NCBI GenBank assembly: GCA_033442325.1 | Contig: JAWQFM010000036.1 | Location: 124,354-188,353, forward strand | Origin: Salpingoeca rosetta | Lineage: Eukaryota > Protista > Choanoflagellata | Direction: 5' to 3' | Length of the DNA stretch: 64,000 nucleotides | In this document: positions 17,104-31,719 of the stretch, piece by piece | Numbering within the stretch: position 1 is the first letter of the stretch | Layout of the letters: each line of letters begins with the position of its first letter | Translations under genes and position numbers: made by a program | The notes under the pieces: model-generated | What the model was told of the DNA's origin: nothing | Seen by the model: only the letters and a program-made list of their open reading frames with translations | Databases searched by the model: none

Positions 17104-17525
17104 GNNNNNNNNNNNNNNNNNNNNNNNNNNNNNNNNNNNNNNNNNNNNNNNNNNNNNNNNNNNNNNNNNNNNNNNNNNNNNNNNNNNNNNNNNNNNNNNN
17201 NNNNNNNNNNNNNNNNNNNNNNNNNNNNNNNNNNNNNNNNNNNNNNNNNNNNNNNNNNNNNNNNNNNNNNNNNNNNNNNNNNNNNNNNNNNNNNNNNNNN
17301 NNNNNNNNNNNNNNNNNNNNNNNNNNNNNNNNNNNNNNNNNNNNNNNNNNNNNNNNNNNNNNNNNNNNNNNNNNNNCTTCACAACCTTGCACCAAATCCA
17401 AGCACACAGATGCCCCATGGGTGACGGTATGGTGAGAATTTTGGAGCCATGTGTGTGCATGTGTGTGCATGTGTGTGCATGTGTGTGCCATGTGCAATTG
17501 TGTGTGTTGTGTGTGCGTATCTGTC

Positions 17526-17564
<39 letters not shown>

Positions 17565-17851
17565 TGCTCAACTCGCTACCTGCTCATCTTCTCGACACAT
17601 CCAAGTACATGCCCCTCCCTCTCCACCTCAACCAATCCGAACGCAATACGCAATCCCGTGTCCATTGTCCATCTCACCTCGACGCTACCCTTCCACGCCG
17701 CGTTGTGTAGGGGCGTGTCGCCCAACTTGTTCTGCACATCCGCACGGCAGTTCGGCCGCTGCCACACGTGTGTGTGTGTGTGGGGGGGGATGAGGGGAGA
17801 GTGGGCGTTAGTGTGTATGTGTGTATGTGTATATGTGTGTGTGTGCGTGTG

Positions 17852-17889
<38 letters not shown>

Positions 17890-18965
17890 TGTGTGTGTGT
17901 GTGTGTGTGTATGTGTGTGTGTAATGAATGGAGAGAGAGAGCGAACCGTACCACCATCACCACCACCAATCACCACCATCACCACCACCAATAACCACCA
18001 TCCATCGGCACCTTGAGGAGTTCCTCTGCGCAGTCGACGTGTCCGCCACGCGCTGCCCAATGCAATGGTGTTGCGCCAGCCTTGAAGGAGGACACACACA
18101 CACACACATGAATGCATGAATGCATGAATGCATGTATAGTGACACACAGCACAGGCACATGCACGCGGCCACATGCATGCACATACACACACAATACAAC
18201 ACACACCACAACACAACACAACACACAACACACACACCACACACACCACACACAACACACAACACACACAACATACACAACACAACACAACACAACACAA
18301 CACAACACAACACAACACAACATTAAACAACACAACACAAACACAACACCAACACAACACAAACACGGCGCGAACCTTATCCAGGGCGTTGGGAGAGACG
18401 CCGTTTGTGAGACACTCGATGAGGAAGGGCAGGTTGCCTCGCTTGGCGGCCTCATGCAGCGGGTTGTCGACAGACTCCGTGTTGCCAGACTTCTCAACTG
18501 CTCACGCGTGTGTGCACACATAACCACGCACAACGAGTGCACGCATTCATATGCACAGCACACATGCGATGGGAATAAAGCAAAGAAAGAAGTCAGCGCG
18601 AGAGACAGTGAGAAAGAAAGAGAGAAGAGCAGGAGAACATGCATGCAAAAGCACGCACACACAAACAAACAAACAAACAAACAAACAGACAAACAAACAA
18701 ACAAACACACACACAATCAAACAAACAAACACACACACAAACACACACACACACAATCAAACACACACACACAATCAAACACACACACACACACAAACAA
18801 ACAAACAAACAAACAAACAAACAAACAAACACACGCACGCACATTCACACACACAATCAAACAAANNNNNNNNNNNNNNNNNNNNNNNNNNNNNNNNNNN
18901 NNNNNNNNNNNNNNNNNNNNNNNNNNNNNNNNNNNNNNNNNNNNNNNNNNNNNNNNNNNNNNNNN

Positions 18966-19011
<46 letters not shown>

Positions 19012-19862
19012 TACACACACACACACACACGCACGCACGCACGCACGCACACAACAGAAATCATCACGACCACCTCCACAACGATCACGACCACCTCCAC
19101 AGCGCACCACAGCGTGTAAACGATGGTTTCTTTCCAAAGCACCACGCAGACACGCATGCACAGAAGCATACACACGCACGCACACACGCACGCACGCAAA
19201 GAAGCATGCACACCCCACCTGCTTCTGAACGTAGATGAGATCGCCTTCCTCAAACGACAGCTCATCCGCCTACAATGTGCGGAAACAATGAAGCACGCAT
19301 GCAGGTGAGTGGTGTAAGAATGTGCGTGAGCGGGTGTGTGTTTGCTGTTGTTATTGTCATGCTGTTGCGTTACGCGGTACTGTATTGTGTGTGCGTGCGG
19401 CGGGTGTCTCGTTTGTGCGGCTGAAGTGTTCGAAGGCCGTGTTAATGCGATGTGATGGTGTGTGCGCGTGCAACGGTTTCAGGGAAGATACAGCGATCCA
19501 TCCATCCATCCATCCATCACTTACGTGCTGCGCCGTGTAAGGGTAGAGAGCGCGGTACACGGAAACCTTGCCTGCAAGACAGGAAAGAGCGCAAACACAC
19601 ACGCAACACAAACAAGGAAGCGGACATGAGGCGCTCCCCACCACCAAGGTATTCATCGCAGTCGTTCAGCCCATCATTTCATCACAGTGAACAACAACCC
19701 AAACAAAACAAACCCCCACCCACCATGCATGCACCACAAGCACATGTACACGATGTCAACCACAATGAACCACACCATCCCTCTCCGTCTCTGTTTTCTC
19801 CTTGTCGCCGTTCACACATTATCACCTGGCTTCGCAGGTGCTGGGGGCTTTGGGGGAGGCAT
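16928..19862 (-). CDS. OSTF1: Osteoclast-stimulating factor 1 homolog (Pro-rich, SH3, ankyrin repeats, acidic tail); some exons lie in gaps
   Basis: [13 protein letters not shown]; [25 protein letters not shown] (SH3); [16 protein letters not shown]; [14 protein letters not shown]; [16 protein letters not shown]; [12 protein letters not shown]. Collinear with animal OSTF1. Confidence 0.9.
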
Positions 19863-20350
19863 GATTGCTTGGCTCGTTGACCGCGGTTGGAGAAGAAGAA
19901 GGTGTGTCGGTTGTGTTGTCGTGGATGCTCTGCCTGTTGTGGATTTTAATAACGACAGCATAAATTGATTGTAGTTTTCTGTTTGCAAACACCACAAGTT
20001 GTAGCTCGCTAGCTCCTCCCACCACCACCACCAACTTCAACTCCTCCCTCTGCTGGCGCATCTGGCCTCATTGTCCGCTTTCGATACGTCATTTCGTTTA
20101 GTATGCGGCTGTTGCCGTCAGGGTGCGTTTGAAGTGTGCAACGGTGGTAATGTAACAAAAATCGCACAACGTAATGAAAGTGAAGCACGCATACAGCATG
20201 CACGTATGCATGTGGTCGACATCACACATGACATGACAATGTATCATGCAAGTCATGCAAGCAGCAAGAGCAAAGGAAGCCAAGTCAGCAACAAAGCGAG
20301 TTGCCGCATGTAAGTCGGCAGCTTAGCAAGTCTATGCGCCACCACTCGCA

Positions 20351-20588
20351 TCAACACTGCTCCTCATCGTACAAGCTGAAGAACCGGGACACAAACAGGT
20401 GGCTGGATTGGGACTGGGACGACGCCACTGCACCATCATCATCATCACCACCATTATCGTGCCCATCGTCGCCGTCATGACCACCGCCATTGGCTGCTGG
20501 TTTGGCAAAGTGTCGCTGTCGTGGTGGGGGCACTGGAGAGGTGGCCGAAGCACCGCTGCCGTGCTGCTGCTGCTGCTGGTGGTGGTGG

Positions 20589-20623
<35 letters not shown>

Positions 20624-21119
20624 GTGTTGCTCCTGGAGGCGTGCGTGGAGGTAACGCTGGCTCGCCAGCGGCTGCTTGGCGGCGCGTAAGGACGATGATG
20701 ACAGCGACGTGGGGGACATGGCGGCGGGGGTTGCTGGCGATAATGGTGCATCGTGATCAGTTGACGATGATGTGCTCCTCAACCTCAACTTCTTCTTGTC
20801 CTTCTTCTTGTCCTTCTTCTCCTTCTTCTCCTGCTCCCTCTTTGCCTTCTTGTCCTTCTTTTCCTGCTTCTTCTTCTCTTTCTTCGCCCTCTCCTTCTCT
20901 TTCTTCTCCCTCTTCTTTCGCTCCTTTGCCTCCTTCTTCAGCCGTCGGGCGTCATCACCAACAAGCTGCTGTTGTAGCTGTTCGTGTTGCTGTTGTAGCT
21001 GTTGTTGCTGCTGATGCAAGTGCTCGTGCTCGTGCTCGTGCTGCGGCGGTTGGTCGGCTGTACCATGTACTTGCTGCTGCATGGGATGGTGCGTGGGCTG
21101 CATGGGTTGTTGAGAGACG

Positions 21120-21178
<59 letters not shown>

Positions 21179-22722
21179 GCGAGATTGGTGTTTGGCCTGT
21201 CGCGAGCGGCGTGTGGACGACTGCTGAAACTTCTTCTGCCGCTTCATGTGACTCTGGAACGCGGCCCAGTGCGCATCGGCGATGTCCAGCAAACCCCGCG
21301 CACTGAACCGCGACGCCTTCTTGCCGCCCCGCCCCTCCTTATCCTTCTTCTTCTCCTTCTTCTTGCTCTTCTTCTTTGTCTTCTTCTTCTTGCTCTTGGT
21401 CTTTGTCTCCTTCTTCGTCTCCTTCTTGCTGCTGCTGCTGCTGCTGGTAGTGCCCTCACCCATGTGACTGCTGTGCGCTTGCTCAGCCTCCACTGCCTGC
21501 ACGCCGCTGTGTTGCTGTTGAGGTTGTTGCTGTTGTTGAGCTTGTGTGCTCACACCGACAGATGTGACAGCAGCGGCAGCGCCTGTGGGTGTGGCTGGTG
21601 CAGGCGCCGTACTTGCGCTGAACGTTGTGGCCGACGGGCCCGCCACATCGCTTTCGTCCACTCTCGCGGCGGCTTCCACTTTTCCTTCACCATCAGCTTC
21701 ATGCTCCCCTTCCTCTTCTTCTTCTTCCCCTTCTTCTTCCTCGTCATCATCTTCCTCGTCAGCATCTTCCTCATCATCATCGTCATCATCATCATCGTCA
21801 TCATCATCATCGTCATCATCATCACCGTAATCATCCATGTCACGGTGTGGCCGCAGTCGCGATGAGAGGCGGAGGGAAGCGCCCCGCCCAATAATGCCGA
21901 CACCAAGCGACGACGCATTGCTCGCCACGCGCGACCCACCAACACAAACACCAACACCACCATCAACACCATCAACAGCAACGCTAACATCGCAACCGTC
22001 ACCATTACCATCACCATCGTCAGCACCAGCACCAGCACCGGTGTCGTCCTTGCTACCTTCTCTGCTGCTGGTGGTGGTGGTGGTGGTGGTGGTGGCGTGT
22101 ATGATTGGTACTGCTGTGGCAGGTGAGGCCAGTGTCGTGGTGACTGATGCGCCTGCACGTCTCTGCATGCTCCATGTGCGTGTGCGCGCGGGTGGAACAG
22201 GCGGCGTGTCCCCATGATCTTGTTCTTGTTCTTGTTGTTGTTGTTGTTCTTGTTCTTGTTGTTGTTGTTGTTGTTGTTGTTCTTGTTCTTGTTCTTCTCC
22301 TTGTTGTTGTTGTTGTCGTCGTTGTAGTTGTTCTTGTTGTTGTGGTGCCTGCTGTCCATCATGGGCTGATGACACTCCAGCCCTTACACCGCCGTCACCG
22401 TCACCGGCATGCCTGATGTCCGCAGCTGCGGGGGCGGTGTCGTTGCCATCGAGGTTGCCTGTAAGCACGCCATCACGCGTTGCCCGCCCTTCCAGTGGCC
22501 ACACGACCTTTCCACGCACCATGTCAGCAAGCTCATCGTGCTCCCTTGCATCGTCGTCCTCCTCCTCCCGTTCTTCGTGCCCCTCCTCAACCCCTTCTTC
22601 TTCTTCCTCTTCTTCCTCATCTTCATCTTCATCTTCCTCCTCCTCTGAGCTTGTTTCCAGTCGTGCCAGTATCTCATCCACGTCTTCATCCTCATCCACC
22701 ACCACGTGCGGCTGCTCAGACA

Positions 22723-22821
<99 letters not shown>

Positions 22822-23150
22822 AGTCATCGTCGTTGTCGTTGTCATCAGCACTGGCATCAACAACTGCTGCGGCTGCTGCCATGCTCGTGCTCGTGCTCGT
22901 GGTCGTGGTCGCATCATCGCCAGCGGCGCCGTCTTCGGCGTTGCCATCATCATCATCACCACCACCACCACCACCAGTTTCACTGACGTTGTCGTCGTGA
23001 TCGCTCGAGGGTGCAGCGGCCACACCGGTTGAGTCACATGCTGGGACAACCTCGATAACACCACCTGCTTCTGTTTGGTTCCTTCCACCCCTTCCATCTT
23101 CCTCTTCCTCCTCGTCGTCGACTTCCTCTTCGTCCCCTTCCCCATCACTG

Positions 23151-23184
<34 letters not shown>

Positions 23185-24061
23185 CTTCTTCTTCTTCTTC
23201 TTCTTCTTCTTCTTCTTCTTCCTCCTCCTCCTCCTCCTCTAGCACATCATCCAACGGTGAGCGTTGTGCAAACTGACTTCCATCATCATCACCATCACCA
23301 TTATCATCGCCGCCATCGGCAGCATCGCCAGTGCTGCCGTCGCGGGTGCTGTGCTGCGCCCGCTGGGCATATCTTGCCTGCAGGCAAGGCCCAACCTCCG
23401 TGGCGCTGCGGTGTTGGCGGTGGGCGTGAGGCGAGTTGGGATCTGTCCCAAGAAACCTGTTGTCGCGTGGTGTTTGATTGCAAGATGCGATGTGATGCGC
23501 AGGGGGGAGGGCGTGGAGGGAAGCACAGGGAATGGGGTGAGAGTGGTAAGGATGAAACAACACGCCATGAACAGGGGACACACTCAAATGTGTGATGTCA
23601 GAGAAAGTGTGTGCGTGTGTGTGTGTGTGTGTATTGAGAGAGTGGGTGAGAGGCATATAGACAGACACACAGACACACAGACACACAGATAGACACACAG
23701 ACACACAGACACACAGACACACAGACACACAGACACACAGACATACAGACAGACAGACAGACAGGCAGGCAGAGACAGCGAGAAAGGGCCAGGGCACGCA
23801 TCAGCGGCGAAATACCAACACCCCAAAAACAACAAAACACGCCGGCAATACAAACGCACGAGCCGTGACGCGGCGCAAAGACGGAGTAAGGAGAGGAGGC
23901 CAGAGGGTCTTCAATGGCAGCGGGTGAACCGGAGAAACTGTCCTGCTGCCGAGAATCAGCGGAAGTTGAGTCCTTGCGATGAAATGCATTGCTCATGCTC
24001 ATGCGGAGTTTCCCGGGCTGCGCGCACACACGTGTGTGTGCGTGTGTGTGTGCGTGCGTGC

Positions 24062-24114
<53 letters not shown>

Positions 24115-25045
24115 TGTGTGTGTGTGTGTGAGTGTATCTCAGAGCAGTCTCAGTAAAAGCATATAATTTTCATTAATTAAAAATATAGCGGGGGGGGGGG
24201 GAGGATATAAAAATTTTTTTTCTGCTNNNNNNNNNNNNNNNNNNNNNNNNNNNNNNNNNNNNNNNNNNNNNNNNNNNNNNNNNNNNNNNNNNNNNNNNNN
24301 NNNNNNNNNNNNNNNNNNNNNNNNNNNNNNNNNNNNNNNNNNNNNNNNNNNNNNNNNNNNNNNNNNNNNNNNNNNNNNNNNNNNNNNNNNNNNNNNNNNN
24401 NNNNNNNNNNNNNNNNNNNNNNNNNNNNNNNNNNNNNNNNNNNNNNNNNNNNNNNNNNNNNNNNNNNNNNNNNNNNNNNNNNNNNNNNNNNNNNNNNNNN
24501 NNNNNNNNNNNNNNNNNNNNNNNNNNNNNNNNNNNNNNNNNNNNNNNNNNNNNNNNNNNNNNNNNNNNNNNNNNNNNNNNNNNNNNNNNNNNNNNNNNNN
24601 NNNNNNNNNNNNNNNNNNNNNNNNNNNNNNNNNNNNNNNNNNNNNNNNNNNNNNNNNNNNNNNNNNNNNNNNNNNNNNNNNNNNNNNNNNNNNNNNNNNN
24701 NNNNNNNNNNNNNNNNNNNNNNNNNNNNNNNNNNNNNNNNNNNNNNNNNNNNNNNNNNNNNNNNNNNNNNNNNNNNNNNNNNNNNNNNNNNNNNNNNNNN
24801 NNNNNNNNNNNNNNNNNNNNNNNNNNNNNNNNNNNNNNNNNNNNNNNNNNNNNNNNNNNNNNNNNNNNNNNNNNNNNNNNNNNNNNNNNNNNNNNNNNNN
24901 NNNNNNNNNNNNNNNNNNNNNNNNNNNNNNNNNNNNNNNNNNNNNNNNNNNNNNNNNNNNNNNNNNNNNNNNNNNNNNNNNNNNNNNNNNNNNNNNNNNN
25001 NNNNNNNNNNNNNNNNNNNNNNNNNNNNNNNNNNNNNNNNNNNNN

Positions 25046-25100
<55 letters not shown>

Positions 25101-25441
25101 GTGTGTGGTGTGTGTGTATGAATACACATGCGTGTGTGCATGCTCACCTCTGCCTGGTGGAGATAGACAGTTGAATCCGTGAGCGCCTGTGCCCGCTTCA
25201 ACCACTCCAGCTGATGTGTATGTGTGTGTGTGTGTGTGTGTGCGTGAGTTGGGGACGACGTTACGAATGAACGCGGGGGATATGAAGGTGAAAAAAGCAC
25301 ATCTGATACGAGCGAAATCACCAAACCAAACAAAGCGTCAACGATTTCATCTCACATCAGCCCAACAGCAAGGTAAGCATACATGCAACGATCCAATCAC
25401 AACTTCGCACCCGCACACACGCAACCACACACACACACACA

Positions 25442-25480
<39 letters not shown>

Positions 25481-26441
25481 ACACTCTCTCTCTCTCACAC
25501 ACACACACTCTCTCTCTCTCACACACACACACACTCTCTCTCTCTCTCGCCCACACACACACACACTCTCTCTCTCTCTCAATCACACACACAATTGCGT
25601 GCCCTCACCCAGCTGGTTCGCTCCTCTGCGCTTGACGCGTAGAGCTGCCACACACGCGACTCGGTGACAATCTCTGCAAATGCACAGCGTGCACGACAAT
25701 GTGGGTGGTGACATGAGGTGTGCGGTCAATGGCAGTTGACTTGAGGAAACACGCTTGCAGTGCACAACACAACACAACACAACACAACACAACACCGATA
25801 TGATGCGACTGACCAAAGCCAAACCCGCGCGACCGCTTCTCCAGCACGGGCCGGATGTTGGCGTTCAGCAGTGGAATTTCACCCATGGACTGCGTGGCAC
25901 TCTCATCCTGACGAGCGGAGAGGGGAGACATGGAGAGGGTAAGGTGACAATGCACGGGTGGATTGGTGACAAGTGTGTGTGTGAGAGTGATGCCATTGAC
26001 AAAACGAAAAAACGACCGTCACGCCCTACAATAAGATAAGGACACCGCAACAATCGGACACGTTTGCGTGACGAACGTGTACAAAGGCGCATGTACACTC
26101 ACAACAAAAAAAAAAAAAAAAAGAACGCGTGAATGCACCACTCCTGCTTCCCCAATACACATGCACACAAACACACAAACACACAAACACACAAACACAT
26201 GCACATGCACACGACGCACCTTGAAGTACTCGACGTTCCCTCCAAGACGCGCGACGAACCAGCGCTTCCGGTGGCTGAACGTGTTGACCTTGCCCTTCTT
26301 CACCAGATAGCCGCACTTGCACGTGCTGCTGTCATCGAGCCACACCGGCTTGCCAGCGTCCTGAAAGCGCACGCTCTCCTCGGCGTCGCCGCTTGTGCTG
26401 CCGCGATCTCCAATTGAAGAAGACCGCGCAGAGGAATCCAT
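20351..26441 (-). CDS. N-terminal PH-domain protein with >1000-aa low-complexity acidic/Q/K-rich C-terminal region (spans gap 24227-25045)
   Basis: Spliced PH domain KCGYLVKKGKVNTFSHRKRWFV...EYFK|DESATQSMGEIPLLNA...F|EIVTESRVWQLYASSAEERTSW|LEWLKRA, then an exon at ~24020-23860 and a large terminal exon to the stop at 20351. Linkage across the gap is inferred. Confidence 0.7.
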
Positions 26442-26533
26442 GATTGGCGCGTGAAGCACAATGTAGCACAAGCAGGACAGAAAAACAAAAAGGGAAGTGT
26501 GATGGCGAGAGGGGCGAAAGAAAGAAAGAACGA

Positions 26534-26573
<40 letters not shown>

Positions 26574-26817
26574 AGGGGATGGTAGCACAGCAAGTGCGAC
26601 ACCGAGGGCGGTTGCACCTCGAGGTAACCCTTCGGACGCAGAGGATGCGGGCCAGCAAAACCAAAACACCCACGCACTGCTCGCTCGCTCGCTCGCTTGT
26701 TGTATCTGCCCTGTTGGACCGTGGCAACTGAATTCAGTGTCACAAGTAGTTTGGACTGAAATCAGTATCCGTGTCAACGTGTTTGTGCGCGGGAAAGTCG
26801 GTGCAGTGGCAGTTGCA

Positions 26818-26867
<50 letters not shown>

Positions 26868-26967
26868 NNNNNNNNNNNNNNNNNNNNNNNNNNNNNNNNN
26901 NNNNNNNNNNNNNNNNNNNNNNNNNNNNNNNNNNNNNNNNNNNNNNNNNNNNNNNNNNNNNNNNNNN

Positions 26968-27073
<106 letters not shown>

Positions 27074-27280
27074 TGGACGTGGAAGCGGTGATTGAGGCGC
27101 ATGATGGGTATGATGGGTATGAACTGACGAGTGTGGACGCTTGTGCCCGCAAATCGATGTCGCTGCTGATGCTGTCGTCGCTGCTGCTTGGTGTTGCCGC
27201 ATCCTGACTTGTGATGTGTCTCTGCGCCACATCGTGGCCCTTGTTGCCATTGCGCTTATGCACGCTGCAGGCCTTTCACG

Positions 27281-27439
27281 ATGGCGGAGATCGTGGAGGA
27301 GTGTGGCAAGGAAGTGGACGAACGGCACGTGCAGGCGGCTCTGAACAAACTCGTGCACGCTTCAAAGGCGTACGTTGTCCCGTGTGCGTCTGCCTGCATG
27401 ATGATGTACAGTGTTGATTTGTGCCTATGTTTCGCTGCA

Positions 27440-27477
<38 letters not shown>

Positions 27478-28595
27478 TGTGTGTATGTTCGCGTGTGTGT
27501 GTGTGTCTGTGGCACATGGGTGATTTATGGCTTCCCCCTTGATGGCTTCGCCCTTGATGGTTCCTCATTGTCATCTTGTGTGCTCAACTGCTGTTGGCCG
27601 TGCTCTGTGATCCGCTTCAAGGCAACGAAAGTGGCTCAGCGCAGCTGGAACCAACGTGTATTGGGTGACAAGCAGAACACCCCGGATGCCGCCAAAACAA
27701 CCAACACACACTCGCTCTCAGCCTTCCTCGGCCTTCAAAACGCCACAACGGTATGGCCAAGTGTGAGTGAGTGTGTGTGTTTTTGTGTGTGTGTGTGTGT
27801 GTCTGTGTCTGTGTCTGTGTCTGTGTCTGCGCTTGTCTGTGTCTGCGCTTGTCTGTGTCTGCGCTTGTCTGTGTCCGTCTGTCTGTCTGTCTGTCCGTCC
27901 GTCTGTCTGTGTGTGTCTGTGTACCTGTGTCTGTGTCTCTGTCTGTCCTTGTATCTACGTGCATGCACCACTTCATCCAACGCACGACTCAACGCTTACA
28001 CCCTCACTGTCGCTGCTGCTTCGCTTCTTTTTCAGGTCAAGGCGATTGAAGAAACCCTTTTCAACGCCACGCCAAGCCACCTCCTCTGCCTCCACCCCCA
28101 ACACAACTGGCCGACACCAGGACTCGCTCCTGTCTGTATCAGAGGACATCAAGACATTGCAACAGCGAGTGGATCAACTCTCACAAGAGTACGTTGTATG
28201 CCTCTTGCACACACACGCACACACACGCTTGCGATCGTGTGAAGGTATTTAGATCCTCGACGTGTGTGTATGCGTGCACACGAGTCCTGCCATTCGTTTT
28301 GTGATCCATGCTCACATTTACTCTTCCATTCACGTCCTATCTTGCTGCGGTGGCACAGGTACAGCGCGGAAGAATTGGACACGCACATTGACAAGCTTCA
28401 CACGTACAACGACCTGAAAGATGTCGCACAAGCTGTCATGGGAATGCTCGGTAAGCACATGTACAGTGCATGTTTTGAATGCACACGTGCACGTGTGTAC
28501 GTGTGCGTGTGCGTTTGTTTGCTTGGAATGAGTCTCTTCCCTCCTTCTCCTCCACTTGATTTTGTCTCCGCTTGAATCCATCGTCGTTCCATTTA

Positions 28596-28674
<79 letters not shown>

Positions 28675-28753
28675 ATCACACCTCACAGCAAGCCAGGAAG
28701 GGCTGGCAACGCGGGCCATGTATGAACGATATGACTTGGACCTGGCGGATTAA
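27281..28753 (+). CDS. SWI5: SWI5/SAE3 recombination mediator (Rad51/Dmc1 accessory); start codon uncertain
   Basis: IKTLQQRVDQLSQE...YSAEELDTHIDKLHTYNDLKDVAQAVMGML|ASQEGLATRAMYERYDLDLAD* matches the Swi5 HI.LH.YN.(I/L)KD..Q.L.G pattern. Confidence 0.85.
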
Positions 28754-29211
28754 TGTAACAACTGCACCACCTTTCTACACACACACACGCGCACACACAC
28801 ACACACACACAAGAAGCTCTTCATAGCAGGCAACTGGTATGCCACATGGAATTGACTTGATTGTGAACAAGCTCTCTCTGTCTCATAAACGAACGGCAAT
28901 GTACAAAACAAGCCACGTGCATTAGGTTAGGTCATCTAGCTGGCGTAGAGGCGCGTGTGGAGATTGTTGGGTCTGTTCACAGCACTCGGCAGGCCCAAAC
29001 CTTGCACCCACTGTACACTTGAGGGTGCACGTCGTGTCACTGCTTCGGCGCCCCCGTTCTGTTGATATCTGTTGTTTTGGTGGAAGCGGGGGGAGGTGAG
29101 CAAAGGTTGAAGGCACACAAACCACCCTTTGCACCTCACACGCACACCACATATCCACAAAGTTTCGCAGTCCACAGCAAAGGCTGCGAAGCGAAGACAC
29201 ATATCGCGATA

Positions 29212-29319
<108 letters not shown>

Positions 29320-29771
29320 AACCACAAGCACTCGAACATCACAAGCACTCCACTCACGTGATTGGACGGCGTCGGGGAAGAATTGACAAAACGCAAGACT
29401 GCGACAGCGTGAACAAGAGCGTTCTACAAACACGACACCACACACACAAACACACACACACACACATGTACGAACATGTGAGCTGTTGGCAATAGCTGCA
29501 TCGCGTTCAAACCACCAGCAAAAGACCAGTGAACCACCGTGAGCAACCACGCAACCCGTCGCAGGCACCGGTGTGCTCAACACACAAGAGCACCTGGTAG
29601 TAGCTCTTCCTCGCGAATCATTCTCAACGTCTGGCCCCGGCATCGACAAGCCCCCTTGTCCAAGTGTTGCACGACTGCAAATTGCCACACATCATCATCA
29701 AGCAAGTTGCACGTCAATGAAAAGAACTGCTCACATTACTTGCGTGTGTGTACTTGTGTGTGTGTGTGTAC

Positions 29772-29816
<45 letters not shown>

Positions 29817-29861
29817 TGCAGGATCATGTGGTTACCAGCGCAAATGAATGTCTCGCTCTCT

Positions 29862-31101
29862 CTAGACGTTGAAATGACTGAAGAGCATCTCTACAACAGC
29901 TGAATAGAACGCACACGCTCATTCATACATACCACAACCGAGGCCCTCCCCCTTCTCGCCTCACGCGCACACACACACACACACACACCTTGGATGAAAT
30001 CCTCGACTGTGGCCGTGTTGGAAGCTGAAGGCGTCTGACGCCAGCGCGTGACATCATGGTAGAACAAGCTGTCGACAGTGTTGAAATGACATGACAAAAC
30101 GATGTTATCATGACGTCACTTACACCTTGAACTAAACGAAACTTGCAATCAACAATTCAACCGTCACACAGTTTGTGGGAGCGTGCAAGCAAGCAAGTAA
30201 GTGAGCAGGACAACACAACACCCCACCCCCCCCCTTTCCGCACACACACACACACACACACACACAAAGGACTTGCCTGTAGCACTTGCGACACGATTGT
30301 CTTTGATTGATGCGCGTCTTGCAAGTGAAGATGTGCTGGCACACGCGGCACTTGACAGCATGCGCTGACAGGGCGCGCTGCCCACCACCGGTTCTGGTGA
30401 CGGCGCCGCTCGGTAAAGGCACAGCTTGGGGTCCCAGCGCCAGGGACGCGCGGGCGGAGGAGAGCTGGGCCAGAACTTGAAGCTGATATGCCGCCAGCAG
30501 GGCGCCCATCACCTCCGTGTTCGCTGCAAGCTCAGGGGGTACACCAACACCCTGTGTCGACACAACCTCCGACTCCAGAGAGGACACGTCGTCCCTGTCA
30601 TCACCGCCACTGGCCTCGCTACCACGTGTGTCGAAAAGCGAGCGCGTGGGACGGCCGCTGGGAATGGCAGGCGAGGGTGCTGAGGGAGGGTGTGATTGCT
30701 GGTTGTTGGTTGAACGCGTCGCGATGGTGGCACTGGTCGAGTGTTGCTGATGTGTGGGCACGAGCGAAGTCGAATTAACAGGCTGCTGACCGCTGTCACA
30801 GGCTCTGTTTGCGGTTGCGGTGGTGCTGGTAGTCGCTGTGCCGGGCAGAGGGCCCGTGTCACAAAGCTCAGGCCAGACTAACTCCCCCGTTGTGTCTGAT
30901 TGGGGCGAGAAACTGCGTGAGTGCACAGGGGTTACGGTTGTCGTTGTCGCTGCCGTTGAACGGCCCTGCATGTCCTGTTGCAAGCGCTCTTGCGATGGAC
31001 CGACGACACCCTGAACACCAAACGGAGCAAGCACAGGTCCTTGCCGTTGAAATACCGTGCGCGTTGCAGCATCGGGTGGTGTCGAGGGTTGGGCTTGCCT
31101 T

Positions 31102-31133
<32 letters not shown>

Positions 31134-31143
31134 TTGCTGTTGT

Positions 31144-31178
<35 letters not shown>

Positions 31179-31179
31179 T

Positions 31180-31256
<77 letters not shown>

Positions 31257-31257
31257 T

Positions 31258-31320
<63 letters not shown>

Positions 31321-31686
31321 AAAGACAGCCCAAGATGAGCCCCCATGCGCAAGCCCATCTGCACATCGTTCTGCCCTGTACCGGCCAATGCGGCAGCTGC
31401 GACTTTGTTAATAGACAGAGGAAAGCTACAGCTTGCGTCATGTGCTGCATGTTGGCTCTTCTGTGGCTGATGCTGGCCATGCTTCCCGAGTTCACTTGGC
31501 GGTGGGTTGTTCATCTGCTGTCGGATATGTTCTTGGCACTGCATGATGACAACCTGCAGCTCTTGCAGCTCCCGCAACCGCCTGTGCTGCTGAACCTGCC
31601 ACGGGATTGATGCTGAGGATGACTGCTCGCTGTGTGCATCGTGGGCTGCTTGCTGTTGCTGCTGTTGCTGCTGTTGCTGCTGTTGC

Positions 31687-31719
<33 letters not shown>

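Noticed and set aside
24140-24226. Abruptly AT-rich segment with poly-G, possible foreign insert
   Set aside because: Abuts a gap after a long (GT)n; typical low-quality read tail. The same applies to 40322-40430.
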